Shown: piece after piece, positions 29,303 to 41,802 of the stretch | Position numbering within the stretch: position 1 is the first letter of the stretch | Layout: the number at the start of each line of letters is the position of its first letter | Assembly: GCA_964016885.1 (NCBI GenBank) | Contig: OZ024745.1 | Location: forward strand, 91,388,001-91,452,000 | Length of the DNA: 64,000 bases | Direction of reading: 5' to 3' | DNA from: Eledone cirrhosa | Lineage: Eukaryota | Position numbers and translations under genes: made by a program | The notes under the pieces: generated by a model | Database searches by the model: none | What the model saw: only the letters and a program-made list of their open reading frames with translations | Told to the model about the DNA's origin: nothing

Positions 29303-29640
29303 GGAGGCACATGGCTTAGTGGTTAGTGCATTGGCCTTGCAATCGAAAGGTTGTGAGTTCAATTCTCAGACCGGGTGATGTGTTGTTTCCTTGAGCAAGA
29401 CACTTTATTTCACATTGCTCCAGTTTATTCAGCTGTAGAAATGAGATGATGGGACCGGGGTCCATATCGTTCCACAGCAAAGTGGTCGTGGAGGTGCCAC
29501 GGCAAAAAAGCACCCAGTACTCACTGTAAATGAGGTTGGTGTTAGGAAGGGCATCCAGCTGTAGAAATCAAGCCAGAATCAGTTCCCGTCCCACCCTTGC
29601 AAGCAGGGAAAAGCGGACGTAAAATGATGATGATGATGAT
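29303..29640 (+). mobile_element. Full-length tRNA-derived CORE-type SINE with RTE-derived tail
   Basis: A-box TGGCTTAGTGG, B-box GAGTTCAATTC, CORE-like ccttgagcaagacactt...cagctgtagaaatgag. The tail is shared with RTE 3' ends. Confidence 0.88.
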
Positions 29641-29769
29641 ATATATGTATATATATGTGTGTGTATATATATATGTATCTATATATATGTATGTGTATAT
29701 ATGTATCTATATATATATGTATGTGTGTATATGTATATGTATATGTATATATATATATGTATATGTATT

Positions 29770-31000
29770 CCTGAGATTCCAGGAAGAAGCTGCCTTACAC
29801 AGCTGCTACATCACTACGACTGGGTACTGAAACAACTGCTAGACAGCTCACATGTGGACGAGATATATCTTGACCTTGCAAAGGCTTTTGACAAGGTCAA
29901 CCACGGAATTATATGTTACAAACTACACGGACTCGGCATAACTGGAAAAGTAGGTGAGTGGCTGCATGACTTTTTAAAGGACAGAAGCCCGACAGTCGCA
30001 GCAAATGGGGCCCTCTCAAAGAAAACACCAATAACAAGTGGGGTGCCCCAGGGGAGTCCTGGGACCACTACTGTTTTTGGTGGCTCTCTCAGACATGCCC
30101 TCTGTAGTACATACAACAATATCCCTCACTAGCTATGCTGATGACACTAAGGTAGCACAGGCAATCAAAAACCCGGCTGACGCTGCTTTTTTACAACAAG
30201 ATCTGAATGCCATATACAAATGGGCAGAAGAAAACAACATGCAGTTTAATGCTGGCAAATTCCAAGCCCTACAATACAAACCTGCAAACAAATACAGTAC
30301 AACACAGTTACGCACGACCAGGAGGGACCGATATCCCCGTATCAAAATCGATATGAGACCTGGGTATAGACAGGAGCGATGATGCATCTTTTTCCTCACA
30401 CATCATGAAAGTGGCGACAATGTGCAGACGACTCGCTGGCTGGATCTTGAGGACTTTCTGGACAAGAGACCGAGACACCATGTTGACACTATGGAGGACA
30501 TTTGTCACCAAGAGGATTGCCACGATGAAGGAGATAAGCTACTGGGAGAGGCTAAAAGAACTGAACCTGTACTCCTTGGAACAAAGACGGGAGAGGTACG
30601 CAGTGATCTACATGTGGAAAATCCTGGAGGGACTAGCACCAAACTCAAGACGTCAGTGTGTGGTGCCAAAGGTCCCGTCTTCCACATCTAGAATAAGGAG
30701 CAGATACTGCAATAGCCTGGGATTCAAGGGCCTTCAACTCTTCAACAAGTTGCTGAGGGATCTGAGAGATCTGCATGGTGTGGAGGTGGATGTCTTCAAA
30801 AAACATCTCGACACCTTGCTATCCAGGATCCCGGATGAGCCCACAGCAAGGCACAAGGGAAACCTAAGGGCAGCAGCAACAAACTCCCTCTTACACCAGT
30901 GGCCAACCAATACAGGCTGGAGATAAAATGTGTAGCAACAAGGGCAGTGCCCCAGCATGGCCTCAGCCGGATGGCTGAAACAGGTAAAAGAGTAAAAGAG
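29770..31000 (+). mobile_element. Degraded CR1-group LINE 3' fragment
   Basis: Contains GRSCLTQLL, YLDLAKAFDKVNH, SGVPQG, SYADD, YSLEQRRERY and RIPDEP; ends in a short (gtaaaaga) tail. Confidence 0.85.
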
Positions 31001-31452
31001 AAAGAGTATGTGTATATATGTATAGTATATGTATATATATATATGTATGTATATGTGTATATATATATGTATGTATGTATAAGTCTTATATATTTATATG
31101 TGAGCTGATAGAGTACAGTTTAAGGATTTACAGAAACCCAAGAAGCTAGATTTAACACCTTTCTAGTGGGTCCGGGTATGATTTTACATTCATTTAAATT
31201 ATTAATTTATTGATATTTTTTATCTGAGTGTCCCGAATCTTCCGTTATCGTATTTTTCGATCGTGCGGTTGATTATAGACTTGTTCTATGTGTGACGGTA
31301 TTTTAACGATAGTTATAGCTCTGATTTATCTCAATCAGCGAGCACTCTGCCGCTCATATCGAATTTTGTTTATCGTGAACTTGTGCGCCGATTTTTCGAT
31401 ACTCGATCATTCTAATATATATATATATATATATGTATATGTATAGAAATAT

Positions 31453-31715
31453 ATGTGTATATGTATATGTATATATATATGTGTATATGTTTATGTATAT
31501 ATATATGTGTATATGTTTATGTATATATATATGTGTATATGTTTATGTATATATATATGTGTATATGTTTATGTATATATATATATGTGTATATGTTTAT
31601 GTATATATATATATGTGTATATGTTTATGTATATATATATGTGTATATGTTTATGTATATATATATATATGTGTATATGTTTATGTATATATATATGTGT
31701 ATAAGTTTATGTATA
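31453..31715. repeat. Minisatellite, unit about GTGTATATGTTTATGT(AT)n
   Basis: About ten visible 26-30-bp units. Confidence 0.8.
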
Positions 31716-32197
31716 TATATGAGTATATGTATATATATGTATGTGCGTTTATGTATATATATATGTATGTGTGTATATGTATATATATGTATGTGTCTAT
31801 ATGTATACATATATATATGTATATATATATGCATATGTATGTGTCTATAGATATACATATATGTATATGTATGTGCATATATGTATATATATGTATATAT
31901 ACACAGTTCAAGAGTAACCAATCTTAAAGAGAGAGATGGAGATAGGAGAGGAGAAGAGAGATTTGTGAATTAGAAGCCAAAGCGTAAAGGCATGTGCTCA
32001 ATGTGCAATATGCAGTGGAAGGCAGCTAGGTGGCTGGGTTCATGCAGAGGTTAGGTGCACAGAGCTGGAAATATTCATTAGTTAAGCAAAACAAGACCAC
32101 AAATTTCACAAGGAAGATATTATTAAAAGATTGTCAACATAGTTTTAGTTTGATGTAAGGAATGTAGAGAATAATAATATTAATAATAATAATGTCC

Positions 32198-32316
32198 GTT
32201 TACAATTGTTTCGCTACTCCATATAATGTTTCTGGATCAAATGATTATAGATCATTATTGATCTGGTTCAGTTGAGAATAATTAACTTAGGTACAATTAG
32301 AGCAGCTCATCGGAAC
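32198..32316 (-). ncRNA. Hammerhead motif with C4 core and ~95-nt stem II region
   Basis: GTT-CCGATGA-GCTGCTC...GAGTAGC-GAAA-C AATT G-TA-AAC. Confidence 0.7.
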
Positions 32317-32527
32317 TTCAAAAGGAATATAAATTAAAATAAGGAAAGAATGTTACGTGAATGTAATGTTCCATATATTGGTATTTCACTATGGTGTCCT
32401 GGGTATGTCTATTGTCTGCCATAGTCGAGCATTATTCTTCTCTCGAGGCTGCATTGTGTGAGATCTGCCTATGGGTAACAAGATGGCCGCCAATGGACAT
32501 ATTTACCTAATTTATATTCCTTTTGAA

Positions 32528-32646
32528 GTTCCGATGAACTGCTCTAATTGTACCTAAGTTAATTATTTTCAACTGAACCAGATCAATAATGATCTTTAAT
32601 CATTTGATCCAGAAACATTATATGGAGTGGCGAAACAATTGTAAAC
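32528..32646 (+). ncRNA. Hammerhead motif (inverted copy of 32198-32316)
   Basis: GTT-CCGATGA-aCTGCTC...GAGTGGc-GAAA-C AATT G-TA-AAC. Confidence 0.65.
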
Positions 32647-32666
32647 GGACATTATTATTATTATTA

Positions 32667-33020
32667 GGTGGATTGGCAGTATCGGTAGAGAGTCGGAAGC
32701 CATGCTTTCCAACATAGTTACGTCCCTTTATGATCTGAGTTCAAATCCCGCCGAGGTTGACTTTGCCTTTCATCCTTACGGGGTCGATAAAATAAAGTAC
32801 CAGTATTGCACTGGGTAATTGCTGGCCTTGTACCTAAAGTAGAAACAATTATTATTATTATTATTCTCTGCTTTGGCGCATAGAGTTACGGCCCTTGCCA
32901 TTCTGAGTTCAAATCTCGCCGAGGTTAACTTTGCCTTTCATCCTTACGGGGTCGATAAAATAAAGTACCAGTAATACACTGGGTAATTGCTGGCCTTGTG
33001 CCTAACGTAGAAACAATTAT
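32667..33020 (+). mobile_element. Two tandem tRNA-derived SINEs with Meta-like central domain and (ATT)n tails
   Basis: gagttcaaat B-box plus gcctttcatccttacggggtcgataaaataaagtaccag occurs twice. The same motif occurs at 15705-15800 (-) and 3410-3770 (-). Confidence 0.75.
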
Positions 33021-33161
33021 TATTATTATTCTCTACATTCCTTACATCAAACTAAAACTATGTTGACAATCTTTTAATAATATCTTCCTTGTGAAATTTG
33101 TGGTCTTGTTTTGCATAACTAATAAATATGTATATGTATGTGTATATATATATGTATATAT

Positions 33162-33486
33162 CATTATCATCATCATCATCATTTTACGTCTGCTTTTCCC
33201 TGCATGCAAGGGTGGGACGGGAACTGATTCTGGCTTGATTTCTACAGCTGGATGCCCTTTCTAACACCAACCTCATTTACAGTGAGTGCTGGGTGCTTTT
33301 TGCACGACCACTTTGCAGTGGAATGATAGAGACCCCAGTCTTATCTCATTTCTAGAGCTGAGTAGACTGGAGCAATGTGCAATAAAGTGTCTTGCTCAAG
33401 GAAACAACACATCATCCAGTCTGAGAATTGAACTCACAACCCTTCGATTGCAAGCCATATGCACTAACCGCTAAGCCATGTGCCTC
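33162..33486 (-). mobile_element. CORE-type SINE
   Basis: Reverse complement of 29303-29640 with a small internal deletion. Confidence 0.85.
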
Positions 33487-33560
33487 TATATAGATGTATG
33501 TATATGTATGAGTATATATGTATATATATGTATGTGTATATATATATGTCTATATATATA

Positions 33561-33611
<51 letters not shown>

Positions 33612-34084
33612 ATGTGTATATATGTGTGTATATATATATATATGGGTGTGTGTGTATATATATGTGTGTGTATATATATGTGTACATATATATATGTATA
33701 TATAAACACATATATTTTTTTTTCCACCTGGTAGTGAGAGGGCCCCAGCTGTTGTCACAACACCTTTCTCCTTTCTAGGGGAGGGAAACTCTCAAAAAGA
33801 AACCTGGGGCTTCGGAAGCATCCGATGATGTTAACTAGTTCTCCTTTTCAGGTAGTGTTTTCGATGCTCAGAGAGTGGGATTGGTCGAGTGGAAGGCCTT
33901 TCCCCACTTAAAAAAAATTTTCAAAGCACAGGCATTGCTTGTTCAGGATATGTTACAGGTTCGTGTGGTTGGCCATTGCTTGAAAGTGCATCAAACTCTA
34001 TAATCTGACAAGCAATTGCAGTACTCTTAGCAGTGTTTGCAGCCATCATATATGTGTATATACAGACCCTCCATCTCAACACTA

Positions 34085-34120
34085 CTTTTGAAAAGCAGAA
34101 GAACTGCGAAACCGGTAAAG
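34085..34120 (+). ncRNA. Minimal hammerhead ribozyme, U3-A8 variant
   Basis: CTT-TTGAAAA-GCAG aagaa CTGC-GAAA-CCGG-TA-AAG with palindromic ACCGGT. Identical to 47134-47169 (-). Confidence 0.75.
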
Positions 34121-34184
34121 GAACCAAATAAATATATATATAAGACTCTAGTTGCATTTTCGATTTCATCTTTTTATATATATA

Positions 34185-34840
34185 TATATATATATAATGG
34201 AAAAATTTGAACAGGAACAAAACAGAGAGGCAGTACAACGAATGTTTATTAATTTCACGCTCTGGAAAGTGGGGTGGTGGTGGGGAACGACGTTTCGGGC
34301 ATAAGCCCTTCCTCAGGTGAGAAGTGTGTGGGAACAGAATTCAAAGGGTGTGTAGAGGAGTGGTGGAGAGACATTTAGCGAAAGGAAACGGTGCGAATGA
34401 AATTAAAAATAAAAATAAAGCATGATCAAAATAAAAGGAATGAAATAAAAATAAATATAAAAGCATGATCAAAATAAACTGAAATTAAAAAGGGGTAAAA
34501 CAGGTGGTGTGGGGGGTGTAGGGGTGGTGGCGGGTGGAGTGGGGAGAGGGAGACGGGGTGTCCGAGCGGGGAGGGCTGAAGGTGGTGTGTGTGTGTAGGT
34601 GTACGTGTGTGTATGTGAAAGCAAGGGTTGGGGGAAGAACGGGGTTGCATGTTCAGGAAGAGGTGTGTGTGGGGGGGGTGTAGGTCGGAGTGTCTGTGCG
34701 TGTGTGGATAGAGGGGTGGGGGGAGAGGAATAAGGAGGCTGAGGGTGTAAATATGTGGTGGAAAGCACATGTGTGTGGGCTTTAAGCGTGTTGTAGGTGG
34801 CGTGTGGGAGAAAAAAATTTTTTGGGGTGTGTGTGTGGAT
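34185..34840 (-). mobile_element. PLE 3' UTR fragment with HHR at 34287-34318
   Basis: Homologous to 21880-22470. HHR reads AC-CTGAGGA-A-GGGC ttat GCCC-GAAA-CG-TC-GT. Confidence 0.75.
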
Positions 34841-34930
34841 ATGTAAAAGTTCTATTTAAATTGTTGGGATACAACAAGCAAATATTTTTATAACTGATAT
34901 AAAGCACTCAACAAATATTTGGAGTAAAAA

Positions 34931-35180
34931 TACGATATTAACAAATGGAAACTATATTTATAAAACTATATTTATGCAACCATTACTGTTGGAAGTTCCC
35001 GGGAACTTCAAACAGTAATGGTTGCATTCTTTAAGGGTATGTCAATATTTATTTATAAAACTGCTCTATATTATATTTTATCTGATGAAAGCACACCATA
35101 ATTTAACTTGGTGTCTTTGAAATATGTATAATGAAATAAATATGGTTTTATAAATATAGTTTCCATTTGTTAATATCGTA
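34931..35180 (+). mobile_element. 250-bp non-coding HHR mini-element with inverted tail copy and 54-bp palindrome
   Basis: 34931-34975 is the reverse complement of 35136-35180. The palindrome spans 34974-35027 and the HHR 35074-35138. Confidence 0.7.
35074..35138 (+). ncRNA. Type I hammerhead ribozyme
   Basis: TATTTTAT-CTGATGA-AAGcACACCA...TGGTGTcTTT-GAAA-TATGTA-TA-ATGAAATA. Stem I is 8 bp and the site is AUA. Confidence 0.7.
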
Positions 35181-35187
35181 TATATAT

Positions 35188-35220
<33 letters not shown>

Positions 35221-35252
35221 AATATATATATATAAATATTTATATATATATC

Positions 35253-38200
35253 ATCATCATCATCATCATCAACGTTTAACGTCCGTGTTCCACGCTTGCA
35301 TGGGTTTGGACGGGGGTAGTCCCACTTGAGGCAAGAGTGATTGTCTTGCTCGCATAGGACTGTCTGGCAGGTTTTCTACAGTTGGATGCCCTTCCTAACA
35401 CCAACCACATTTACAGTGTGGGTCTGGGAGGTTTTTACCGTGTTGCCTACACGGCCACATTACAGCGTGGACTGTGTGTTTTTTTGTCGTGACACCTACA
35501 CGATCTCATTTGTTTCGGCCTGGATGGCGCGGCACCAACATAACTTTACATAGAACGGGTTGGTGTGGATGGGGTGGGGGTGGGGGTGGTGGGACGGGGT
35601 GTATTTTGTTAGAGATGCCTACTGGCTGGAGTAGGTTTTACTATATATTTAGGTAAGGCGGGTCTTCTCTGTTACTGAGTACCGCCAAAGGTCTCGGTGG
35701 TAAGGCGGGTCTTCTCTGTTACTGAGTACCGCCAAAGGTCTCGGTCCAGTGACATTGTCTTGGAGAGGTGTAAGTGTGTGAGGTCGGAGTTTATCAGCTC
35801 GTCCCAGGTTTTTCTAGGTCTGCCTATTCCGTGGCTACCGTCTATCTTTATTGCCCTGCACTTTCTTATACAGCTATCGACTTTCATGCGCATCACGTGT
35901 CCATACCAACGTAGCCTTCTCTCGAGTAAACAACATCTGATCCCTCTTATTTCTAATTTTTTCCTTAGTTCGTTTATGCTTTGCCGTTCACGTATATTAC
36001 TGTTACACATCCAGCGGAGCATGCAAGCTTCGTTCCTCTCTAGTCTGCGTATATCCTCTGCACACAATGCCCAGGTCTCACTGCCATGCAACATTGCTGT
36101 TCGTATGCAGGCATCGTACAACCTGCCTTTCATTTTTAGGGAGAACCCTTTAGCAGCTAATAGTGGTATAAGCTCTCTGAACTTTTTCCAACCAGTTCTG
36201 ACTCTAGCTACTGTACTTTCAGAGCACCCTCCCCCACTGCTGATTTTATCGCCCAGGTAACGGAAGCTGTTCACTATTTCTATAGAACCCTCTGCGCAAT
36301 TGAAAGAGCTAGTATTTTGTGGGCACTTGCTGCTACTTATTGCACCAGAACACCGGCCACATGTAAAATCTATGTTCTTAGTTAGCTTACCTCTGATCCC
36401 ACTACATCTTTTATGCACCCATACTTTGCATTTAGGACATAAAATGGAGTTTCTACCTACACCTTTCCTACACACCGAGCACAACCATTTCCCAGAAGGG
36501 ATCGCCGCCTTGTTTTCTTTCCTACAAACTAGAACTTTGGTCTTAGCCAGGTTAATTTTAAGTCCTTTTGACTCTAGGCCGTGCTTCCATGTTTGGAATT
36601 TCTTCTCTAGCTCGGCCATTGATTCCGCTATGAGTGTCAGGTTGTCTGCGTATAGGAGTTCCCATGGGCAGCCTGTCTTGAACTCCTCTGTTATAGCCTG
36701 AAGGGCAATAATAAATAGTAGGGGGCTGAGAACAGAGCCCTGATGGACGCCAACTTTTACGCTAAACTCTTCACTATATTCGTTGTTAATTCTAACCTTG
36801 CTGACTGTTTCTTTATACATGGCATGTATAGCCCTCACAAGCCATTCGTCAACGCCTAGTTTTCTAAGAGCCCACCAGATAATGGAGCGGGGGACTCTGT
36901 CGAAGGCTTTCTCCAAGTCGACAAAAGCTAAGTAGAGTGGTTTACCTTTAGCTAGGTACTTCTCCTGTAGTTGTCGTACTATGAAAAGAGCGTCTGTGGT
37001 ACTTTTGCCTGACACAAACCCGAACTGCATTTCATCTAGGTCAATTCTCTCTCTGATTAGTTGCGCTATTACTTTTTCCGTGACCTTCATGACCTGGTCG
37101 ATTAATTTAATGCCTTTATAGTTACTCCTATCTAGGGCGTCTCCTTTACCCTTATAACAGTTAACGATGATGCTGCTATGCCAGTCCTTCGGAACAACCC
37201 CATTCTGTACGACTTGGTTAACTATGCGGGTTGATTGCCTTACTTATTATACTCCCCTCGACTAACACTGCTGGTCCCTCTATTGGGTCGATATGGGGGA
37301 GACTGTCTTTCTCCCATTTATTCTCCTCATTTAGTAGCCTTTCATAGTGACACTTCCAAGCTACCTTCTTATCAGCGTCGGTGATGGCAAGTATGCCATC
37401 ATCGTTAAGTACACACTTCTCCCCGACAATATCACGGTTTTCCTTGACGCATTGCCTAGCAATCCTGAACACCTCACGTTTTTGGTCATCGCGTTGTAGA
37501 ACATGCTTGAACTTTCTTTCCTCAGCTTCCCTTCTTGCTAAGTACACTTCTCTCCTAGCTTCCCTCCTGGCCACTTGATAGTCTACTCTACTTCCCCCAT
37601 CCCGCCATACTTTCCAAGCCTGCTTTTTGGCCTTAATTGACCCCTCCACCTTACTGTTCCACCACCATGTTACTCTCCTCCTGCCTACAGGCCTGCTCCA
37701 GCCACAGACTTCGTCTGTCGCCAACAGCAGGTTTGCTTTCAGAAATTCCCACTGTCCCTCTATATTGTCCGACTCTAAATGTTCTTCCTTACTGTCGAAA
37801 GCATCAAGTAATATGCTTTGAAATTTATTTCTGGCTGTGGGGTCCTTTAGCTTCCATATTTTTCTCCTGAGGATAGTCCTCTTCTGCTGTCGAGTACGTC
37901 TCGTCCTGACTATGAGGTCGCTAATTATCAGTCTATGTTGGGAGGTGCATTCTTCATGGGGGAGGGATTTAGTGTTTACAACAGACACTCTGTCACGTCT
38001 TCTGGTAAGGATATAATCTACCTGGCTTGTGTGTTCCCCGGATCTATAGGTGATCAGGTGATTGTCACGTTTTTTGAAGTTAGTGTTACAGATAGTTAGG
38101 TTATTTGCATCACAGAATTCCAGGATTCTGGAGCCTTCCTCATTTCTAGTACCAAACCCATAGCCTCCATGGATTTCGTCGTAGCCGTCACAATGTTGTC

Positions 38201-38880
38201 CAACGTGACCATTTAGGTCGCCTGCAATAATTATATAGTCACTGTCAGATATTTGGGAGGTAGTTAGCATCAGTGTCTCATAGAATCTGTCTTTTATAGT
38301 GCCGGGCAGTCCGGATTGGGGTGCGTACGCAGATATTACTGTCACCGTAGTTCTATTGAGGACAAGTCATATTTTAATTATTCTGTCGTTCACTCTATTT
38401 ACGTCTATTATCTTATCTGACCACTTTTCTGCTACCATGATTCCTACTCCACCCAGCCCATCGTCGTTTCCCACCCAGAAAAGCTTATAACATCGTTTTT
38501 TACCCTCAATGAATCTAGCAGACCCACCCCTCCACCTGGTCTCTTGAATACAACAAATATCGACCTCCTTACGTTCAAGCATTTCTACAACCTCGTTAGC
38601 GCGACCCTTTAGGGTGCCTACATTTATGGTACCAACTCTGAAGTTTTGGATTGCGTTTGGAGGGTGGGGGAGGTGGGGGCGGGGGGAGATGGGGTTATGT
38701 TAGCCATCCGCGGACGAAACAAAGAGGAGTGCTCGCATTCTCGTCCACGAGGTGAATTTGACTTTAACTTTGGCATTTTCGCTCTGAGCGTCCAGATTTT
38801 TCTCTCCCTTCCACTCTCCAGGATTCCGCAGTCCATCCGTCCATCCATCATATATCGAAGGCAACCGGGCAAGCGATAGT
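35253..38880 (-). mobile_element. Near-full-length RTE LINE (APE-RT-PHD-like), disabled by a stop (~38367) and a deletion/frameshift (~37220)
   Basis: Contains [49 protein letters not shown] and CSVC..CPKC..WVHKRC..CGRC; ends in a (GAT)n tail. Confidence 0.93.
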
Positions 38881-39574
38881 ATAGGCCTCTGGCTTATGAT
38901 TGGTCCGCGTAATAATAATAATGGTGATGCGTGGGGGGAGGGGGGGGGGGGGCTCTGGCTTATGATTGGTCCACGTATTAAGAATGGTGGTGTGTGGGGC
39001 GGGTGGGAGGGGTGTGGGGTAGCTAGCTGGAAGGTTATGAATGTTTAACAAGCGATTAACAAAAAGCAAAACTGCAAGATTTGTTCTGTTCAATACGACA
39101 AAAACAACCGTATTTAAACATAAATAAATAACAAAAAATACAGATTTCGGATTTTGTGAGATTGGATGTTTGGACTAGGTACGAAATTGAAGCGTGGAGT
39201 AGATAGAAAAATGTGTACGTTACGATTACATGGGTACACCGTAGTAGGAAAACAGCACTTAATTGAAGCAGCAATGAATTGGCGAAAACTGAAAACATGA
39301 AGGGGAATTTATCTTATATATATATATATGTAGCTAAGAGAGAGAGAGGGGGGAAGGGGGAGAGAGAGAGAGTGGCTGACCGCAGCCCCTCGTGAAGTAG
39401 ATGGAGGGTGAAGGGTGCCTGGGTGCCTGGGTGTAGAAGCGGGATTTTTGACTTTCGAAGTAGCATAATATATATATTTAAAGGAATTTATAAGAAGTAG
39501 AATGGGAAGGATTTTGTTTTGTTTGAGAGAATTAAGGAATTGGAGAATACATATATATATAAATATATATATAT

Positions 39575-39922
39575 CATCATCATCATCATCATCATTTAAC
39601 GTCCGCTTTTCCCTGCTTGCAAGGGTGGGACGGGAACTGATTCTGGCTTGATTTCTACAGCTGGATGCCCTTCCTAACACCAAGCTCATTTACAGTGAGT
39701 GCTGGGTGCTTTTTTGCCATGGCACCTCCACGACCACTTTTCAGTGGAATGATAGGGACCCCAGTCCCTATCATCTCATTTCTACAGCTGAGTAAACTGG
39801 AGCAATGTGAAATAAAGTGTCTTACTCAAGGAAACAACACATCACCCAGTGTGAGAATTGAACTCACAACCTTTCGATTGCAAGGCCTTTCGAATGCTCT
39901 AACCACTAAGCCATCTGCCTCC
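39575..39922 (-). mobile_element. CORE-type SINE
   Basis: Reverse complement of 29303-29640. Confidence 0.85.
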
Positions 39923-39954
<32 letters not shown>

Positions 39955-40010
39955 CATCATCAGCAGCAGCAGCAGCATCATATAACGTCCATTTTCCACG
40001 CTAGCATGGC

Positions 40011-40050
<40 letters not shown>

Positions 40051-40189
40051 GGAAAAAATGAAACGAAATTTCATTTCTCACTCTTAGTACGGCTGTTACT
40101 TAAATATAAGTATGTATACGTACATACATATATGTATACAGACCTAAAGTATATACTTTCAGACGTTCAATCATCTGGCAGGAAGGTAT

Positions 40190-40229
40190 ACGGTGCTGAC
40201 GATAGCTAATAAGCTTGAAACTGCATCGT
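40190..40229 (+). ncRNA. Degenerate hammerhead motif (stem III / cleavage triplet lost)
   Basis: ACGGTG-CTGACGA-T-AGCT aata AGCT-T-GAAAC-tg-CATCGT. Confidence 0.45.
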
Positions 40230-40444
40230 TCCCTTGTCAGTGTTGAACAAAAGGGCAACGATGGTTGCTAAACACTGTACGGCTTAATTCGGGATGTTTG
40301 TTTACAAACAAACCGAGCATTATAATAAATGTTCGGTAAATCCATACGTACATATATATATGTGTGCATGTATGTATATATATACATGCTACTGTACGTC
40401 TGTATACATATATGTATGTACGTATACATACTTATATATGTATA

Positions 40445-40482
<38 letters not shown>

Positions 40483-40640
40483 AATATATATATATATAAA
40501 CATATATATATATATATATATATATTAAAAATCATATCTATATGTTTATATATATATATATATTAAAAATCATATATATATATGTTTATATATATATATA
40601 AAAATCCTCTTTGGATTTTAGTCTTCAAATTTATTATTAT

Positions 40641-40701
<61 letters not shown>

Positions 40702-40707
<6 letters not shown>

Positions 40708-41623
40708 TATAAAGTATGTCCATAGAATCATTTGATAAAATATATACACCATTTCCTCTCCCAATTAGCATAATTAACCACATAAAAAGTCAATTAGACC
40801 AGGCTATAAGAATAAGGCTCCTATTAAGACATATTTGATAAATAAACGACAGCAGCCTCTTCGCGGCCGATCGCAATAGAATATTTACTCAGCATTTCAA
40901 CAGCATGTAGAAATCGACTAAATATACCGTCAACCACACACAATTAGGTATAAATTTAAAGTTAGAAGAAATGCGTACACTCTTACCATGATTATGTCCC
41001 TACCCTGGGGTTTCGTTCACGTTTTGAGATATCCTATTAAGGATAAAATCTCGAGTTTCGAACTCATCAGGAGACAAACTCATAGGACAGGTAATTTTCC
41101 AAAGCGATCCCCGCCAGAAACAGATTGAAAATGGCTAAGAATCCTGACGTGGCAGTGGTCAAGTTAGAAAGAATGTGATTGGTTGCCTACGGCGAGTGGG
41201 CTGGTTGCTAGAGAGCGCAGCCCAATATTGCCCAAATTGCATCTCAACCTAATGGGAGATTATTATATATAAAGATTTACATATACACAAACTAAACAAA
41301 GTCAGAGATATATATGTGGCAACCATTCACGATGTGACTCAATGAAGAATTAATAAATTAAATAATCAGAGCAATATATTATAAAGTATGTCCATAGAAT
41401 CATTTGATAAAATATATACACCATTTCCTCTCCCAATTAACATAATTAACCACATAAAAAATCAATTAGACCAGGCTATATGAATCAGGCTCCTATGAAG
41501 AAATATTTGATAAATAAACGACAGCAGCCTCTTCGCGGCCGACCGCAATAGAATATTTACCGAACATTTCAACAGCATGTGGAAATCGACTAAATATACC
41601 GTCAACCATACACAATTAGGTAT

Positions 41624-41627
<4 letters not shown>
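40702..41627 (-). mobile_element. Non-coding HHR element with ~250-bp terminal direct repeat (unit 672 bp)
   Basis: 40702-40947 is repeated at 41374-41627, with the HHR between them. Pure (TA)n flanks both ends. Confidence 0.8.
40995..41076 (-). ncRNA. Canonical-core type I hammerhead ribozyme with extended stem II
   Basis: TGTCTC-CTGATGA-GTTC...GAGAT..ATCC ttaata GGAT ATCTC...GAAC-GAAA-CCC ca GGG-TA-GGGACA. Confidence 0.85.
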
Positions 41628-41679
<52 letters not shown>

Positions 41680-41802
41680 GAGGTTATATTTAATTAGTTG
41701 GGATTCAACAAGCTTAGAAATTTTATAACTGATATAAAGCACTCAACAAGCACTCAACAAAATAGTGGAGTAAATATTCAATGTATTAATATATATATAT
41801 AT

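Larger units (their letters stand above)
32071..33129. mobile_element. Inverted-repeat HHR module: arms 32071-32336 and 32508-33129, right arm interrupted by two SINEs
   Basis: The arms are reverse complements and each carries an extended-stem-II HHR. The spacer is ~170 bp with no evident ORF. Confidence 0.75.

Noticed and set aside
29303-29385. tRNA gene
   Set aside because: A and B boxes are present but there is no complete cloverleaf, and it continues into a SINE body found five times.
35697-36701. Plus-strand ORFs of 130-190 aa overlapping RTE (similar ones overlap the PLE and Tx1)
   Set aside because: They are antisense shadows of retroelement ORFs.
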